Of a stretch of 64,000 bases of DNA, positions 49,021 through 59,211 are shown in pieces. The notes under the pieces are model-generated. The model was not told where the DNA came from. It saw nothing but the letters and a program-made list of their open reading frames with translations, and did no database searches. Within the stretch, counting starts at the first letter, position 1. Each line of letters starts with the position of its first letter. Location: the sequence record KU521356.1; one strand, given 5' to 3'. Made by a program: the position numbers and the translations under genes.

Positions 49021-49197
49021 TTAGTAACTATCTTTATAAGTGCTATTAAGTGAAACACTTTCAAAACTCTTTTTATTTTTATCAGCCTCAACAAAGTCTT
49101 TACCAACTGATTGTGGTACACCAACTTTCTTAGCAAACTTCTTATCATTGGCTACAGCAGCCATGAAGTTATGTTGTTTTTTACTTTTACTAGGCAT
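49021..49197 (-). CDS. 58-aa basic protein missed by the ORF track
   Basis: Manual translation: MPSKSKKQHNFMAAVANDKKFAKKVGVPQSVGKDFVEADKNKKSFESVSLNSTYKDSY*; RBS GAGGA; ends at the palindrome. Confidence 0.8.
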   Translation of the reverse strand: MPSKSKKQHNFMAAVANDKKFAKKVGVPQSVGKDFVEADKNKKSFESVSLNSTYKDSY

Positions 49198-49224
49198 CGT
49201 ATATTCCTCTAAGTTTTCACAACT

Positions 49225-49254
49225 ACACTAAAAAATAATTAAGATATATATTAC
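49225..49254 (+). promoter_or_regulatory. phiKZ-type early promoter
   Basis: ACACTAAAAAA-TAA-TTAAGAT-A-TATATTAC; TATATTAC is the recalled phiKZ early motif; second copy at 49741 with identical spacing. Confidence 0.8.
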
Positions 49255-49288
49255 TACTATGCATACAATATCTTAAGAGGTTAATGAC

Positions 49289-49684
49289 ATGTTTAATCAA
49301 CAATATAATCCAAATAGTTCAGCTAAGGTAATGGAGACATTACATGCCTGTGCTAAACTTATTAAGGAAATGTTTTATTATAATGATCAATATGTTCAAG
49401 TAGAATCGGCTTATACAGATGATCCAATCCAAGCATCCATTGAAACAGTAAATGATGGGTATTACAGATTAGTTATTCAAGACACCACACCAGATAGTAC
49501 GTGGCCAGTGTGGGCAGTTGTTTTTATCAGACAACGTGGTGGAGATATTAAGTGTCTCCATATTATCAATCGTATTACTGGAGTATCTGCAAATATAGAT
49601 ACGCAATTCAACTGTGATTCTTTTTACTCTGTTATTGATTTACTATTAGATCATTATCGAGTATTAACTTCGATGGAATACTGA
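49289..49684 (+). CDS. Early hypothetical protein
   Basis: 131 aa with RBS GAGGT; has its own promoter and terminator. Confidence 0.8.
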   Translation: MFNQQYNPNSSAKVMETLHACAKLIKEMFYYNDQYVQVESAYTDDPIQASIETVNDGYYRLVIQDTTPDSTWPVWAVVFIRQRGGDIKCLHIINRITGVSANIDTQFNCDSFYSVIDLLLDHYRVLTSMEY

Positions 49685-49694
49685 TATACATATT

Positions 49695-49720
49695 ACCCTC
49701 TCCTTCGGGAGGGGGTTTAT
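49695..49720 (+). terminator. Hairpin terminator
   Basis: ACCCTCTCC-TTCG-GGAGGGGGT-TTAT. Confidence 0.75.
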
Positions 49721-49740
49721 ATCGCATTAATTTTTTTATT

Positions 49741-49770
49741 ACACTAAAAAAAGTTTAAGATCTATATTAC
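49741..49770 (+). promoter_or_regulatory. phiKZ-type early promoter
   Basis: ACACTAAAAAA-AGT-TTAAGAT-C-TATATTAC. Confidence 0.8.
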
Positions 49771-49825
49771 ATACATGTATCTATATTGGATACTTATTAA
49801 AACTTAATGATTAGGAAAATAGAAA

Positions 49826-50032
49826 ATGAAAGTACTAAAGATCGCAGCTGCAATTATCTCAACTGGTGCCCTCGCTGTTGCCGCTATTAATCTATATAAG
49901 GCCGTTTCTAAATCAACCGTTATTGATGACACCGTAGCTGATGATGATACGGTACTAGACAGTGAAGTAGATATTCTAACTGATGAGCTAGATAAAATCG
50001 ATATTGATGATAGTGCTCAACAAGTCGATTAA
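49826..50032 (+). CDS. Early small membrane-anchored acidic protein
   Basis: 68 aa; N-terminal hydrophobic helix (IAAAIISTGALAVAAINLY) and Asp-rich tail. Confidence 0.75.
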   Translation: MKVLKIAAAIISTGALAVAAINLYKAVSKSTVIDDTVADDDTVLDSEVDILTDELDKIDIDDSAQQVD

Positions 50033-50050
50033 ATAATAGGGTTATCGCTA

Positions 50051-50479
50051 ATGGCGGCATTCACTTTAGCAAACTTAATGGGTGAGCTAAAGAAGAGTTC
50101 CGTCATTGACTTATTCAACGATGGAAAGGTCAAGGCAGAACTCTATCCAGCTCATATGACATATATGGGTAGTGTGGTTGACTTACATCGTGTAGGCGAT
50201 ACATTCAGCTTCTATGTTGCAGATGGACATGGAGGCGTCACACGCTATCCATGTAGTAATCAGATTCTTGAATCGATAACATTAGAACCAGATGTTTATT
50301 ATAAATTAACTGGTAAAAAAGTTATTGAGAAAAGAATTGAATTACCAGCTGTTACAGTACCAATTGAAGAACCCGCTAAGCGCATGCCGCTGGAAACAAT
50401 CACATCAGTTGCTGTTATTGGCGGGTTTATTTTGTACGTTGGTACACGGTTTTATAAAGCATGTAAAAAATTAAAATAA
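50051..50479 (+). CDS. Early protein with C-terminal membrane anchor
   Basis: 142 aa; ITSVAVIGGFILYVG followed by a basic tail. Confidence 0.8.
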   Translation: MAAFTLANLMGELKKSSVIDLFNDGKVKAELYPAHMTYMGSVVDLHRVGDTFSFYVADGHGGVTRYPCSNQILESITLEPDVYYKLTGKKVIEKRIELPAVTVPIEEPAKRMPLETITSVAVIGGFILYVGTRFYKACKKLK

Positions 50480-50486
50480 TACGGTC

Positions 50487-51185
50487 ATGCAGTATACTTT
50501 AGGTACAATAACCCTAGAGGAAACTGCAATGGCCGTATTAGACCGTCAATTTAATATTCGTTTAAATGGTGCTGATTTAGATAAACAAAAGCGAATTATT
50601 AAAGAAATTTATACCAGGATTGCAAATGTGAATAACACAGTAATCAATGGTACTACTGTAAGACTGATTTTATTTGTTAAAGCTAATGGCCAAGTGGCTA
50701 CTGGAAGCGATGCTATTAAACTAATCAACGATGCAGAAACTAATCTACAGGCGTGGGTTCTTTCTAATCGCTTTATCTTTAAATGGATGTTTAGCCATGC
50801 TAGTGATTTTGGTGCAATCTCTTCCAATTTTGAAGAAGTTTCACCAGGTGTTTATGATTGGAGTAAACGCCGTAGCTTTAATAAAGAATTTGATGATGAG
50901 CTAGCTAAAGCAAAAGAACGAAAACTAATTCGTCAAAATAAACCTACTCTATTTAAAACTATTAAGAAAGTAGGTAAAGCTGCATATGAAACTATTTCAG
51001 ATAACTCAACTGCAATCGTAAGTTTAACTGCTATTGGACTATTAGCTCTTAAAGTAACATCTGATCATAATCAAGTTATTAACCAAATGAATGTTATTAA
51101 GAAATCAATTGGTAATATTGAGCTACCACCTGTTGAAGTAATCGTAAATACAGTTGGTGATGTATTAGATATAGATTTGTATTAA
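50487..51185 (+). CDS. Early protein with probable membrane segment
   Basis: 232 aa; TAIVSLTAIGLLAL near the C-terminus. Confidence 0.8.
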   Translation: MQYTLGTITLEETAMAVLDRQFNIRLNGADLDKQKRIIKEIYTRIANVNNTVINGTTVRLILFVKANGQVATGSDAIKLINDAETNLQAWVLSNRFIFKWMFSHASDFGAISSNFEEVSPGVYDWSKRRSFNKEFDDELAKAKERKLIRQNKPTLFKTIKKVGKAAYETISDNSTAIVSLTAIGLLALKVTSDHNQVINQMNVIKKSIGNIELPPVEVIVNTVGDVLDIDLY

Positions 51186-51188
51186 GTG

Positions 51189-51221
51189 CATAACGCCCTC
51201 CCATTACGGGAGGGCTATATG
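51189..51221. terminator. CATAA palindrome between convergent genes
   Basis: CATAAC-GCCCTCCC-ATTAC-GGGAGGGC-TATATG. Confidence 0.7.
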
Positions 51222-51230
51222 TCGTTAATA

Positions 51231-51746
51231 TCAATCGTTTTCTAATTCTTTTTCTCGTGCAGCATCCATCCGCTCCATAAATGCATTGGATTCCTCCATG
51301 ATGATACCGATTTCAGTTTCACCTTCTTCAATAGTGTAATTCTCAAATTCCTCATCAGGAATATCTGGAATCTCACGTGGTGTTGCAGGGACATCATTCG
51401 GATCACGTATTAATGGATTACGGTTCATTTGCATCTTAACGAATTCAGCAAAGCCTTCAGCAAGTTCACGGTTAGAGCGTGCACCCTCAGAATCAACTTG
51501 AATACGACGGTTAGCAATTGTTGTCTTATCCATTGAATCTGTTAATTTAAGAATCATATCAACTGATTCTTTATCAGTAGGTACTTTACCAGTTGTATTT
51601 TCTAATACAGCTTTTAGTACTTTCTCTTTAACTGATTGTGTATACCGTATCTGCTGCTCATATTCTAGATCAGCATATACCTTTTCTTCTGTAGTTGATG
51701 ATTTCTTTTCTAAAGGCTCATCAGATAAATCTGCACCATGGAACAT
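51231..51746 (-). CDS. Acidic hypothetical protein
   Basis: 171 aa with RBS GAGGA. Confidence 0.8.
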   Translation of the reverse strand: MFHGADLSDEPLEKKSSTTEEKVYADLEYEQQIRYTQSVKEKVLKAVLENTTGKVPTDKESVDMILKLTDSMDKTTIANRRIQVDSEGARSNRELAEGFAEFVKMQMNRNPLIRDPNDVPATPREIPDIPDEEFENYTIEEGETEIGIIMEESNAFMERMDAAREKELEND

Positions 51747-51825
51747 TTTATTATCCTCTAATTAGTAATAGTAATACCTAACATACTTACCATATGCTAA
51801 GTATCTGAAAAATAGGTCCTATATC

Positions 51826-52350
51826 ATGTTTAAGAAACTTATTCAATATTTCCGGGGCTTCCAAAAGGAAGTTGGTAAAGAACAACTTCTAACTGAATTA
51901 GAACGGATAGATAAAGATATTATTTCAGGTGAAGAACGATTAAAAGCTATTAATAATTTCTGGCAATTAATTAATCTGGATGAATTAAAAACTCTGACCA
52001 TCAGGAAGATGATAGGTGTTCCTGTCTATCTAAGACATTACAGTATTGGTTATTTATTAGATGCTCTAACTAGGTTAAATGATCATATTGCAAATGAAGA
52101 TGATCTAAAGATTAGTGAAATGTGTCGTACTGAGTTTATCGACAGGAAATCAATTGACCTTGATGAATATTTTATAAACAGTAATGATAGTTTTATTGAT
52201 GTATGTAAATCTATTGAAACTATGCGTGACTTAATTTGGCAACAAACTGAATATCTTGAACAGATTAACCATCAAGCATATCAGCGCCAGATGGATAGAA
52301 TGTACTATGATATTATTGAACTATCAAGAGCAATTATTAAGTTACTATGA
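51826..52350 (+). CDS. Hypothetical helical protein
   Basis: 174 aa with RBS AGGT. Confidence 0.8.
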   Translation: MFKKLIQYFRGFQKEVGKEQLLTELERIDKDIISGEERLKAINNFWQLINLDELKTLTIRKMIGVPVYLRHYSIGYLLDALTRLNDHIANEDDLKISEMCRTEFIDRKSIDLDEYFINSNDSFIDVCKSIETMRDLIWQQTEYLEQINHQAYQRQMDRMYYDIIELSRAIIKLL

Positions 52351-52420
52351 GGTGCAGACTATACAAGTATAAATTAATATAAAGTGTGTTTATTATCAAT
52401 TCACCGTAGGTGTAAAAAAG

Positions 52421-53182
52421 ATGGAATCTGTAAAAGACTTATTAAGCGATCCTCAAAAAGGATTAAGGCAGGCAGAAGGGGTTTTGTGTTATGTTTTCCG
52501 GGAAGTACTACTGTGGCGTAATATGACACAGTTTGCTTGGGATAAACGTTTGAATGCATACTTTCAAAAACCACATAACAAGAATAACCCAGATAAAGGT
52601 AATCTTAATAAAGCACTTAAAGCTGATACAATGAGTTGGGATGGCTTTAAGAAAGCTATTGATTTCTTATCACCTGTTAAAGCAACATTAGAGGTACGTC
52701 TGATTTGGGGTACATCAAAACCTGATTCAGTTTATACGATCAATATCGATCCAACTGAAGATGAGGTAACTTGCTCTGCAAATGATTTCCCCTATGAAGA
52801 ATGTGAAATTTTTAAGAATCAAAAACCAGCTACAACTACAATGGCCCATCTGTATAGGCATATTCTCTGGAAAGAAGGAATTAACCAGGAGAAGTGGGAT
52901 AAGCTATGGGAAGAGTTTTTAAATAATCCAGTCAACCTTGTAGGATTGGATAAAAAGAAACTTACCTCATTGGCTAATACACAAAGGCGTGGTTTACTAT
53001 CGCCCAATATGTCTTGGAATACATTAAGACGTGGATTCCTACTACTACGGCCTAAAGAGGAGAGATACACTCTTTCTCTACAATGGACTGATGATCCTAA
53101 TCTTCGAGATAAACTAGAGGACAGTGTGCATATTGTTCCTGTACCTGATCCTCATTGGGTGGAGCCTAATTCAAATGAATAA
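52421..53182 (+). CDS. Hypothetical protein with internal duplication
   Basis: 253 aa; two similar halves (see findings). Confidence 0.8.
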   Translation: MESVKDLLSDPQKGLRQAEGVLCYVFREVLLWRNMTQFAWDKRLNAYFQKPHNKNNPDKGNLNKALKADTMSWDGFKKAIDFLSPVKATLEVRLIWGTSKPDSVYTINIDPTEDEVTCSANDFPYEECEIFKNQKPATTTMAHLYRHILWKEGINQEKWDKLWEEFLNNPVNLVGLDKKKLTSLANTQRRGLLSPNMSWNTLRRGFLLLRPKEERYTLSLQWTDDPNLRDKLEDSVHIVPVPDPHWVEPNSNE

Positions 53183-53615
53183 TCCAGAAACCCCATGGGT
53201 ACAAAATAATTATCCTGTAGATAGCATCATTGTAGATCAGAGCGGTAATACACCGCTCCCTGATCTATTTCAGTTTAATGGAAAAGAGAAGAAGACCACA
53301 CTTGATAATGAGAATTTCTTTTCATTCAAAGGTCTTCGGATGTATCTCATCACTGGTAAAAAAGAAAAGGCTTTTCTTCAACCAGAGGTTAATTCCCATT
53401 ATAAATTAGACTATGGTTTAAAGTATCAATACGTAGATGGACTTACCAATATCCTTCGTGATACCCTATTATTAAATCTTAATAGTCGACCATTCGTTTT
53501 ATTTAAAGCAAAAAGTTTTGGTCCATTAGTTTTATCAGGAGCAAACCTAACCATTCAAGAAAAAGAATGGTTTGAAATTGTTTGTGATGTTATTAAATCA
53601 ATCAAACAGAGATAA
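53175..53615 (+). CDS. Hypothetical protein
   Basis: The in-frame ATG at 53175 has GGAG upstream and overlaps the upstream stop. Confidence 0.75.
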   Translation: MNNPETPWVQNNYPVDSIIVDQSGNTPLPDLFQFNGKEKKTTLDNENFFSFKGLRMYLITGKKEKAFLQPEVNSHYKLDYGLKYQYVDGLTNILRDTLLLNLNSRPFVLFKAKSFGPLVLSGANLTIQEKEWFEIVCDVIKSIKQR

Positions 53616-53619
53616 CTTA

Positions 53620-54546
53620 ATGCATACTGAACATAGCCTTAAAATCAGTAAAAAGATTAACTTCCTTGTGCAAGTAGAAGCACGTATTAATGAACTATAT
53701 CAGCAAAGACAAAATATGTCAATTGATCAATTCTCAAAAGAATTTTTCAATGAATCACCTGATGTAGTTAAACAAGCTATCACTGAGCTATATACAACAT
53801 ATCCATTCCAAGATGAAACTAATCCAAAACGGCAAAACCTTCGTTTAGCTATATTTATCCACGATAATGATGTTAGTTGGATTAGTTCAATTCTAGGCGT
53901 AGATGAATTTAATAATGTTTTAAGGCACGCAGATATTTTTTATAATTATGTTAGTAGTTGCGAGACTGTTGTTCAGCGTAATTATTATGCGTCTTTACCA
54001 GATTACCGTGGCTACATGTATGCTATCTATGAAGAGGCATTCAACCGCGTTGCCCCACTAGTCAATAAGTATTTAGATATTGATGCACATGACAGTGTTT
54101 CATTTTTAGAAACACCCCATGTTCTACCAAAAAAGAGTGTATCTATTAAAGATATTATTGATCCATTTGGTCCATATAAACCTAATTACTGTATTAGTGA
54201 TATTTATAGTGCACAAGCTACACAAGTAACAGAAAATACATATATCGCAGTTAATACATTTATCCGTACTGAGGTATATGAAAGACTATGTGCTGAAGGC
54301 GATACTGTAGATAAGATTGTTATTTCAGATAAACAAAGTATTATTAATGATGAGGATTATATTAAACTAGTCCAAGATAAGATTAATGCATTCCATAAAG
54401 AAATGGTAGATAATGATTTTATACTTTATGCGCCGTTTAATATGTCCAGGTTAATTTATGTAATGAAGGCTAAATATCCGATTAAAGTTACTATTAGTTG
54501 TAAGGGATTCAAGCATATTGGAAAATTTATTGCTTATAAAAAATAG
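53620..54546 (+). CDS. Hypothetical protein
   Basis: In-frame ATG at 53620, just after the previous stop (track start 53572). Confidence 0.75.
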   Translation: MHTEHSLKISKKINFLVQVEARINELYQQRQNMSIDQFSKEFFNESPDVVKQAITELYTTYPFQDETNPKRQNLRLAIFIHDNDVSWISSILGVDEFNNVLRHADIFYNYVSSCETVVQRNYYASLPDYRGYMYAIYEEAFNRVAPLVNKYLDIDAHDSVSFLETPHVLPKKSVSIKDIIDPFGPYKPNYCISDIYSAQATQVTENTYIAVNTFIRTEVYERLCAEGDTVDKIVISDKQSIINDEDYIKLVQDKINAFHKEMVDNDFILYAPFNMSRLIYVMKAKYPIKVTISCKGFKHIGKFIAYKK

Positions 54547-54557
54547 TAGTTTTTAAT

Positions 54558-55694
<1,137 letters not shown>

Positions 55695-55697
55695 CAG

Positions 55698-55729
55698 CAT
55701 AAGCCCTCCCATTACGGGAGGGCATTATG
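55698..55729. terminator. CATAA palindrome between convergent genes
   Basis: TGA-CAG-CATAA-GCCCTCCC-ATTAC-GGGAGGGC-ATTATG, then a T-run. Confidence 0.75.
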
Positions 55730-55742
55730 TCTTTTTTTATTT

Positions 55743-56555
55743 TTAACGCATAAAGCCAGGGCGCCTATGTTTAACTGGTGAAATATCCCAGCCAAGACTT
55801 TTCGCTAGATCTGTCACATTGGTGATATCAGAACATTCAAAACCCATGTTAATTTGACGTTCACGTTCACGCTGTACCTGATATAGAGTATCAGGCGTGA
55901 TAACCATTAATTGATCTTCATAGTTCTCTAATGCAGGGGAATTCCATTTATTAGCACCGTAAATACCACCTTCCCCAACCATATCCCAAGTTGAAATCTC
56001 ACGGGTATATTTGATACCGCGCATAGGATCATCTTGAGTTATTGACCTTACCGAGCAATAAGTATTCTGAGAAGGATTGGTAATAGATGCTTCGAAGTAC
56101 TTACCAAAAGGACCGTATGGTTTGCATTTGCCAAGTACTAGTTTAATAGGAAGACCTTTCTCATCTGTAGAATCAACCAGAATAAGTTCCTTAATATGCG
56201 CACACACACGATCATCATCGATTTGACGAATTCGCATTAGGTACTCATGTTCATTCATCCGTGTGCCATCTTTACGATAGGGTTCAGGGTGTTTGTATTC
56301 CATGAATAGAACACCCTTTTTAACACGGCGCATTAAAGGTGAGTCTGGATTAAACATAGATACGCCGGATGCCATTTCATAGAACATACCAGCTGAATTT
56401 CGGGTACCATAAGCTCCTAGTGGAGTTAGATAGTAACCATCCGCATCAGGTACTAATACACCTTTTTTATTAGTACCGGCTAACATATCACTGCCGATAA
56501 CTACTTGGTTATTAGTACGCTGTTGCAAACCAGAAAAATTAGAATATGGTTGCAT
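55743..56555 (-). CDS. Prohead (head maturation) serine protease (gp175)
   Basis: 270 aa; EYKHP (His89) and CSVRS (Ser168) match T4 gp21-type protease motifs; recalled gp175 size. Confidence 0.85.
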   Translation of the reverse strand: MQPYSNFSGLQQRTNNQVVIGSDMLAGTNKKGVLVPDADGYYLTPLGAYGTRNSAGMFYEMASGVSMFNPDSPLMRRVKKGVLFMEYKHPEPYRKDGTRMNEHEYLMRIRQIDDDRVCAHIKELILVDSTDEKGLPIKLVLGKCKPYGPFGKYFEASITNPSQNTYCSVRSITQDDPMRGIKYTREISTWDMVGEGGIYGANKWNSPALENYEDQLMVITPDTLYQVQRERERQINMGFECSDITNVTDLAKSLGWDISPVKHRRPGFMR

Positions 56556-56566
56556 AACGCAACTCC

Positions 56567-57295
56567 TTAGGTCCTGAGGAGTTCTTCAATAAGCTCTACT
56601 GACTCAGATGGGTTAACAAGTGCTGATGTGATACCTTGATCAAAATAAGCCCCATTGAGTTTTGATGTTGTGTCTGAAGTATTCCAGATAACTGAACGGA
56701 ATGGTACGTCGACTGGTGGATTATCCACGATATCACTGTGTCTAGTTAACACATGTCGATATAGTTGTGATATATCATCCGAGGCACGCTGAGTGGTTGA
56801 AATAATAAGTTGTAATGTAGGCCATCCACCAAGGTTAACACCAGCGTGTAAATTAGCTGTCTCAAATAATTTGGCTTTGTCATAATAGTTAATATACCAA
56901 GGGAAGTTTCCTTTGTTAATTAACTCATCATAGACATAGTAAGTTAATGTATCATTAACAACTAAGTAAGTATTCTGGAAAATCTTACTACCTTTATCAA
57001 AATGAAATTCTAGATAAACTTCACCATTGATGTGGACGCGTTCAGTAGAGATTGGATTTATCCGCATCATTGCAATGGTATTATTTACTGCGTAATATTC
57101 ATCATTAAAAATAATAGGAAATATACCAATAGTGAATACTTCACTACCAATAACAGCTAGATGTCTTCCTGTAAATCTTTCTGGAATCTGTATTTTACAT
57201 GGGGCATTAGTTACTACTGAATTATCTTCTAAATCAGTTAGATGACTGTGGACCCGTTCTGGATCCCGTCGAAGAGAACGTACGTCCATTATCAT
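56567..57295 (-). CDS. Virion protein, probable accessory subunit of virion RNAP (gp176 equivalent)
   Basis: 242 aa; the RNAP association is recalled from homologues and is not visible in the sequence. Confidence 0.6.
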   Translation of the reverse strand: MIMDVRSLRRDPERVHSHLTDLEDNSVVTNAPCKIQIPERFTGRHLAVIGSEVFTIGIFPIIFNDEYYAVNNTIAMMRINPISTERVHINGEVYLEFHFDKGSKIFQNTYLVVNDTLTYYVYDELINKGNFPWYINYYDKAKLFETANLHAGVNLGGWPTLQLIISTTQRASDDISQLYRHVLTRHSDIVDNPPVDVPFRSVIWNTSDTTSKLNGAYFDQGITSALVNPSESVELIEELLRT

Positions 57296-57368
57296 GTCCT
57301 AATTGTTCATTTATGTAAAGATTAAAATACTTAATCAAAATCATGCACCTTTAAATATTCGCTGTATT

Positions 57369-57396
57369 ACTCCGGTATCCTTCCAAATACCGGAGT
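57369..57396. terminator. Hairpin between gp177 and gp176
   Basis: ACTCCGGTAT-CCTTCCAA-ATACCGGAGT. Confidence 0.55.
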
Positions 57397-57442
57397 TTAT
57401 CATCGATTGCATGTTTTAATGATTATTAACCATTAAGATAAT

Positions 57443-59002
57443 TTAATTAGAAACTTCTTCTTCGATTTCAACATCATCTAAAGTTTCAGTGCTATCATCT
57501 TCTACAGTTTCAATAACTTCTTTTACTGGTAGTTTTGCATAAGGATCAACAACACCAGTGAACCGCTCAACTTTAATCTGTTGAGACAGCCATGCTGCCA
57601 TTAGTGAAATTAGTGATTGTGTATTGAGTTCACGTAGAGTGGCCTCAGGATACATTTGACTAAATTCATCAACTGCTAGCAGATATTGCCAGTAAACATT
57701 TTCTGTAAAGAATGTTTTACAGATAAGTTTACCAAAGGTGATATAAGGATTCTTAAGATCTTCAGTCGTCATCGTACTCATTGCTTCTTTAATACGATAT
57801 TCGAGTTCATTAACATGGCGATCTTTAAGTTCAGTATTAATGACACCATCCATAAATGATTCATGAATGTCATTGCGTAGTTTACGTAAACCTTTATCCA
57901 TAGCCGATTGTTTAATCAGCGGATATACTGATAGCCAACGTTGAATAAACTGTTCTGAGTTATTAAGAATCTGTTCTAGGTAAATGTTATTACTACCTGC
58001 TACAGCTGCACCAAGGATAGCTTGGATGTCACCACCGGCTAATTCAAATTGAGGTGCAACATCACCATTAATGATTACTTTGCAACGAGAATTAGCAACT
58101 ACATTATTAGCTTCTGAGGCTAGGATGAGTAGACCTGCATCACGATCAGCTTGACGACGTTCATAAGCACGCTTGAGATAGAATCCAAACATCTCATGTA
58201 GTTTACGAATAGTTAGTGACCATGTTTCTAGGTCAACATCACTCTCGCCAATAACTTCAACCGGGTTATCGATGTAGTGACCGCAAATCATGTAAGCCAG
58301 AGCTAGTGAATCAACAGTGAATGGGAAGGACCTACCCACAACATATTCAAGTTCACCTGGAATGAGAAGACGACCATCATTGAAGATAGAATTCCACACA
58401 CCTTCAATAACAGCGGCACTATTAGGAATAGATAGTAGCCATTCTTCAACTTCAGTTTGATCTAGATGCGGATTACCCATTGACACTAACCGAATAATTT
58501 CATTAGCATCAATTGATTCTAGAATAAAGGTACGATACTCAGGTAGCGGCTGTAAATTATTGTATCGTGTACTAACGTGTGCAGTTAAGCGGGGATCACT
58601 ATGAACTGCATTATAGTGGTAGAATGTAGCGCTTACATCTGGTTGACAACTAATGCTTTGACGCTCATTAAAAACACGTACCATATATTCAATTGCAGGG
58701 CAAATAACATTCTGCGTATTGAATTGGATCTTTTGTAATGATGAGCAGACATGTGCAATCAGAGCTTCTTGCTCTTCTTCTACACTAACAGGTTGCTCTT
58801 GGTTAGCTTCCTCGAAGAACTCTTCTACAGATGCTTCCAGCTCTTCAGAGAGGGCAACTTTATTAGAGTTGCCATCTACACTGAAACCATCTGCAAAGAC
58901 CGCAAGGGGATATGTTTCATTAGGGATAACTAGAACAAGGTTATCCTCAGTTAGACTACGTGCTGAGCCAACAATCGCAGCTTGGGTTTCTTTACAGAAC
59001 AT
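57443..59002 (-). CDS. Virion head protein (gp177 equivalent)
   Basis: 519 aa with RBS AAGGAG; acidic termini with S-x-E sites. Confidence 0.75.
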   Translation of the reverse strand: MFCKETQAAIVGSARSLTEDNLVLVIPNETYPLAVFADGFSVDGNSNKVALSEELEASVEEFFEEANQEQPVSVEEEQEALIAHVCSSLQKIQFNTQNVICPAIEYMVRVFNERQSISCQPDVSATFYHYNAVHSDPRLTAHVSTRYNNLQPLPEYRTFILESIDANEIIRLVSMGNPHLDQTEVEEWLLSIPNSAAVIEGVWNSIFNDGRLLIPGELEYVVGRSFPFTVDSLALAYMICGHYIDNPVEVIGESDVDLETWSLTIRKLHEMFGFYLKRAYERRQADRDAGLLILASEANNVVANSRCKVIINGDVAPQFELAGGDIQAILGAAVAGSNNIYLEQILNNSEQFIQRWLSVYPLIKQSAMDKGLRKLRNDIHESFMDGVINTELKDRHVNELEYRIKEAMSTMTTEDLKNPYITFGKLICKTFFTENVYWQYLLAVDEFSQMYPEATLRELNTQSLISLMAAWLSQQIKVERFTGVVDPYAKLPVKEVIETVEDDSTETLDDVEIEEEVSN

Positions 59003-59013
59003 TTTAACACTCC

Positions 59014-59211
59014 TTAGATATTGAGGTTCTTCATTAAGCGAGCGTTTAAAGCTGCTGCAATATCAGCCTCAGTTAAAAACTCCCCATTCAGAGATGGGGA
59101 GCTGGTGGTGCCACCAAGCGATTGTAGAATTGCTTGAGTACCTAGTTTAACAGCAGCATGAAGAACAGCAATGTTCTGACCATGTGCTACATTATTACTT
59201 AGCTTTTGCAT
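59014..59211 (-). CDS. 65-aa hypothetical protein
   Basis: RBS GAGGA inside the gp178 3' end; fills the gap to gp177. Confidence 0.65.
   Translation of the reverse strand: MQKLSNNVAHGQNIAVLHAAVKLGTQAILQSLGGTTSSPSLNGEFLTEADIAAALNARLMKNLNI

Noticed and set aside
48852-49231. Track ORFs 48852-49148 (-) and 49040-49231 (+)
   Set aside because: Both are shadows of the real 58-aa minus-strand gene and have no RBS.
49688-49696. Third early-promoter-like CATATTAC
   Set aside because: It lacks the ACACTAAAAAA/TTAAGAT upstream block and runs into a terminator stem.
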